Assembly (NCBI GenBank): GCA_964270895.1
Contig: OZ185439.1
DNA: 64,000 bases
DNA from: Podarcis filfolensis
Taxonomy: Eukaryota
Reading direction: 5' to 3' (one strand)
The first letter of the stretch is position 1. Each line of letters starts with the position of its first letter. Of this stretch, positions 61,386 through 64,000 are shown piece by piece. The position numbers and the translations under genes were made by a program. Under the pieces are notes generated by a model that did not search any database, was not told the origin of the DNA, and was given only the letters and a program-made list of their open reading frames with translations.

Positions 61386-64000
61386 GAAGATACTGCACTT
61401 CAACAAATATTATTTGCATATTTGTTCCTTGGTCCGTTTCTAAAACAGCATGTGTCAATATGTCATTTAACCTCTCCTGGAATATATTTTGCAAGCAGAA
61501 GAGCGGGGGATGAAACATTAAACAGCATTTTGTAGGTTTTTACCCCTCGGGTAGATAAGTAGTGAAAATAATTGCTCATAGCTTGTGAGATGTTGATTGT
61601 TTCCAGGAACATTGCAAACAAAGGTGATTGTCTCCTTTATGCAAATATTTACTTGGTTTCTGTTACTTGCCATGCCCTCCTTCTTCCAGGGAAAATGCTT
61701 TCCCAGCCCAGAAGTCAAATACTCTCTATGTTTACACTTTTACAGTTGGCACCATGTCAGCTATTGCTGCTTAAGTTAGCAACCATTGGCTACGTAGAGT
61801 AGTGGTGTTAAAACAGACCATGAGCACTTGTAAGAACACAATGTAAGAATATATATTGATGGTACTAGGGGGAAATGGGCATGGGAGAGCAGGTTTGCAA
61901 CCTGGCATCTAAGCACAGTTAGTTTAAAATTAGTGCTGCTGTTTGGATATACTGTTTGAAAAGCATATTTCCAAAGGCATTATAAGATCAGACTTCAGCT
62001 CAGGATTTCATACACGTGAACTCATTGAATATTGATCCAGGTTATGTTTCTGTTGGTTTGTTATTCATTCAGTTTTGTCATGAATGTTTAAACTTCAGTG
62101 CTTCAAACCTACATAAGAGGACCCTTTTGGGTAAGACCAAATGCCAGCATCCAGCTTCCCCCAGTGGCCAACCAGATGTCCTATGACTTTCAGTTACCTG
62201 AAATTAAATTTTGAGAGGCAATATACTTCTGAATGGCAAATGCAGAAGGGAGTGGGCTGGTGACAATGCACTCTGCTTGGGAGCTTCCTTAAGGAAACTG
62301 GCTATTTCAACATTGCTGAAAGCAGGATGCTTGACTAGACGAACCTTTACATCAATCAGGCATTGATATTGGGCACCTTGTGCTACTTCCACCTTATTCC
62401 TCATCTAAGGCTTGTGAACCCATGATAGGATATGGGTGGGGAGGGAGGGAGGCAGCCACTAGCATTGTGAAGCAAGGAAAGCCTGCTCAACTGCTTGTAC
62501 AGCCAGCTGCTTGACTCAAAGGTGTGCAGGCTTTTGAACAAGGGCATTCTCATTTTTGAGTATGCCTTTTCAAAGGCTCGCAACTTTTCTAGACTGCCTC
62601 TTCCCAGTTCACCACCCAGTGCTGCCACTGTGCTTCAGGTAGAGATAACTTAGATCAGGGTTCAGGAACCTTGGGACTGGGGGACAAATATAGCACTCCC
62701 GGCCGAGCATTCCATGAAATTGGGTTGATAGCCATCTGCGGCCACAGATTGACCACCCCTGCTGTAGAATATGAGATGTTTTGAAAACAGCTTGAAAGCA
62801 GCCTTTAATGGCATAAACATGTGGTTTGTGAAAGAAAATAAAGATGGTCTAGTTCTCAAGCAGCTTGAAATGCTATATTTAACTTTCACTTCAGAAGACA
62901 GATAATAATTAAATGAGCTGAACTGTATAGAGCAGGTTATGTGCTTCATAAAGCACTGAGTGGCAGGTTCAGAAACAAAATGCTTCATTGTAGCCTTGAT
63001 AAAATCTAAATAAAACTTGCCCCTTTTATTTTGTTTATATTTGTAACGTCTGCCTTTAGAAATATTCCTATTTACAGAAACAAAGAGATAAATCCTTAGG
63101 AACTAGATCATCACATTTCTAGGAACTGTTATGAGGCCTTACAGAAGATCCATCCCTGTTCTACATGATTCTGCCTTACCAATGGCCTAAATAAGTTCAG
63201 AGGCTGCAGTATGAGATACTGCTTTCTGTGTATGAAAATTGGAAATTAAAATCCAAGAACTACCTACCACCACCACCATTCAAGGGCCAGTTAGGTCACA
63301 TTAGGATTTATTTTATGACATTTTGCCAAAAGAGCAAGAGAAAATAATTTGTATATGCATGAAATGCAACACCACCTCTATCTCTTTCTGTGTGATGTTG
63401 TAACTGGATACATCAAAGATCTAATCCTATTTACATATTAAGGATCACTGGAAAGGAAATTTAATATTGCATATATTTAAACCATATTCAGAGCCAGGTG
63501 AAAAGCTCAGATAATAGATAAAATTTGCCTGAAGTCACTGGAAACATTCTCTGCTTCTGACCTTCTGCATTTCTAAAAGACTGTACTTTTGTAAATTGTA
63601 TGAATCTTTGTAATGAATTTTAGAGGACATTTTTTAATGATAAAGGAGAGAATGCTTTTTCTCCCCAGTTCCAAACCATGCACCAGAAACTATGCTTTCC
63701 ATGATAAATAAATAGAATAGAGACCCAGATGTGTCCATGAGGACTAGTACATTACCAGTATTTATTCTGGGGCTTCCATTCTAATTACAGCCATATGTCG
63801 CACCACTGGCACAATGTACGATTAACAGTTTGCTGCATTTAATTAGCTTCTGTTTTGTGATATGTATATATATTTTTGACCATTGTGGTATGTATTTTTT
63901 TTATAAACAATATGTACCACCTCTATTCAGAACAAGTCTTTTTCAGGTGGGTATGGTTGTACAAATTCAACAGCAATGGCAGTAATAAACATCTTTTGTG

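Noticed and set aside
1-64000. CRISPR arrays, prokaryotic operons, intact transposase, gag-pol or viral ORFs, true tRNA or rRNA genes
   Set aside because: None seen; no long ORFs and no regularly spaced direct repeats. tRNA- and 5S-like sequence occurs only as SINE heads.

Overview
Vertebrate, predominantly non-coding DNA (large intron or gene desert), most likely from a squamate reptile and probably a lacertid lizard. This assignment is inferred from the repeat content: Sauria SINEs, a BovB (RTE) LINE, L1, CR1 and L2 fragments, tRNA- and 5S-derived SINEs, many Tc1/mariner and hAT MITEs, and three solo LTRs. I found no host protein-coding exon I can name. The only recognisable protein sequences in the ORF track are LINE ORF2 remnants (BovB at 23.4-23.65 kb, L1 at 42.4-42.75 kb). 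Best-supported unusual observations: (1) a Sauria SINE with a 5' inversion inside a 13-bp TSD, and a BovB insertion that appears to have the same architecture, suggesting twin-priming-like integration in the BovB/Sauria system; (2) three nested insertions resolved by TSDs (LTR in hAT MITE, L1 in mariner MITE, SINE in hAT MITE); (3) an unclassified ~298-bp sequence present twice, 22.6 kb apart, at about 95% identity; (4) two frame-preserving candidate microexons (6 and 9 nt, + strand) with an SRRM4-type upstream UGC. Exon, promoter and conserved-element calls are weak, motif-level inferences. No tRNA or rRNA genes, CRISPR array or viral ORFs were seen.
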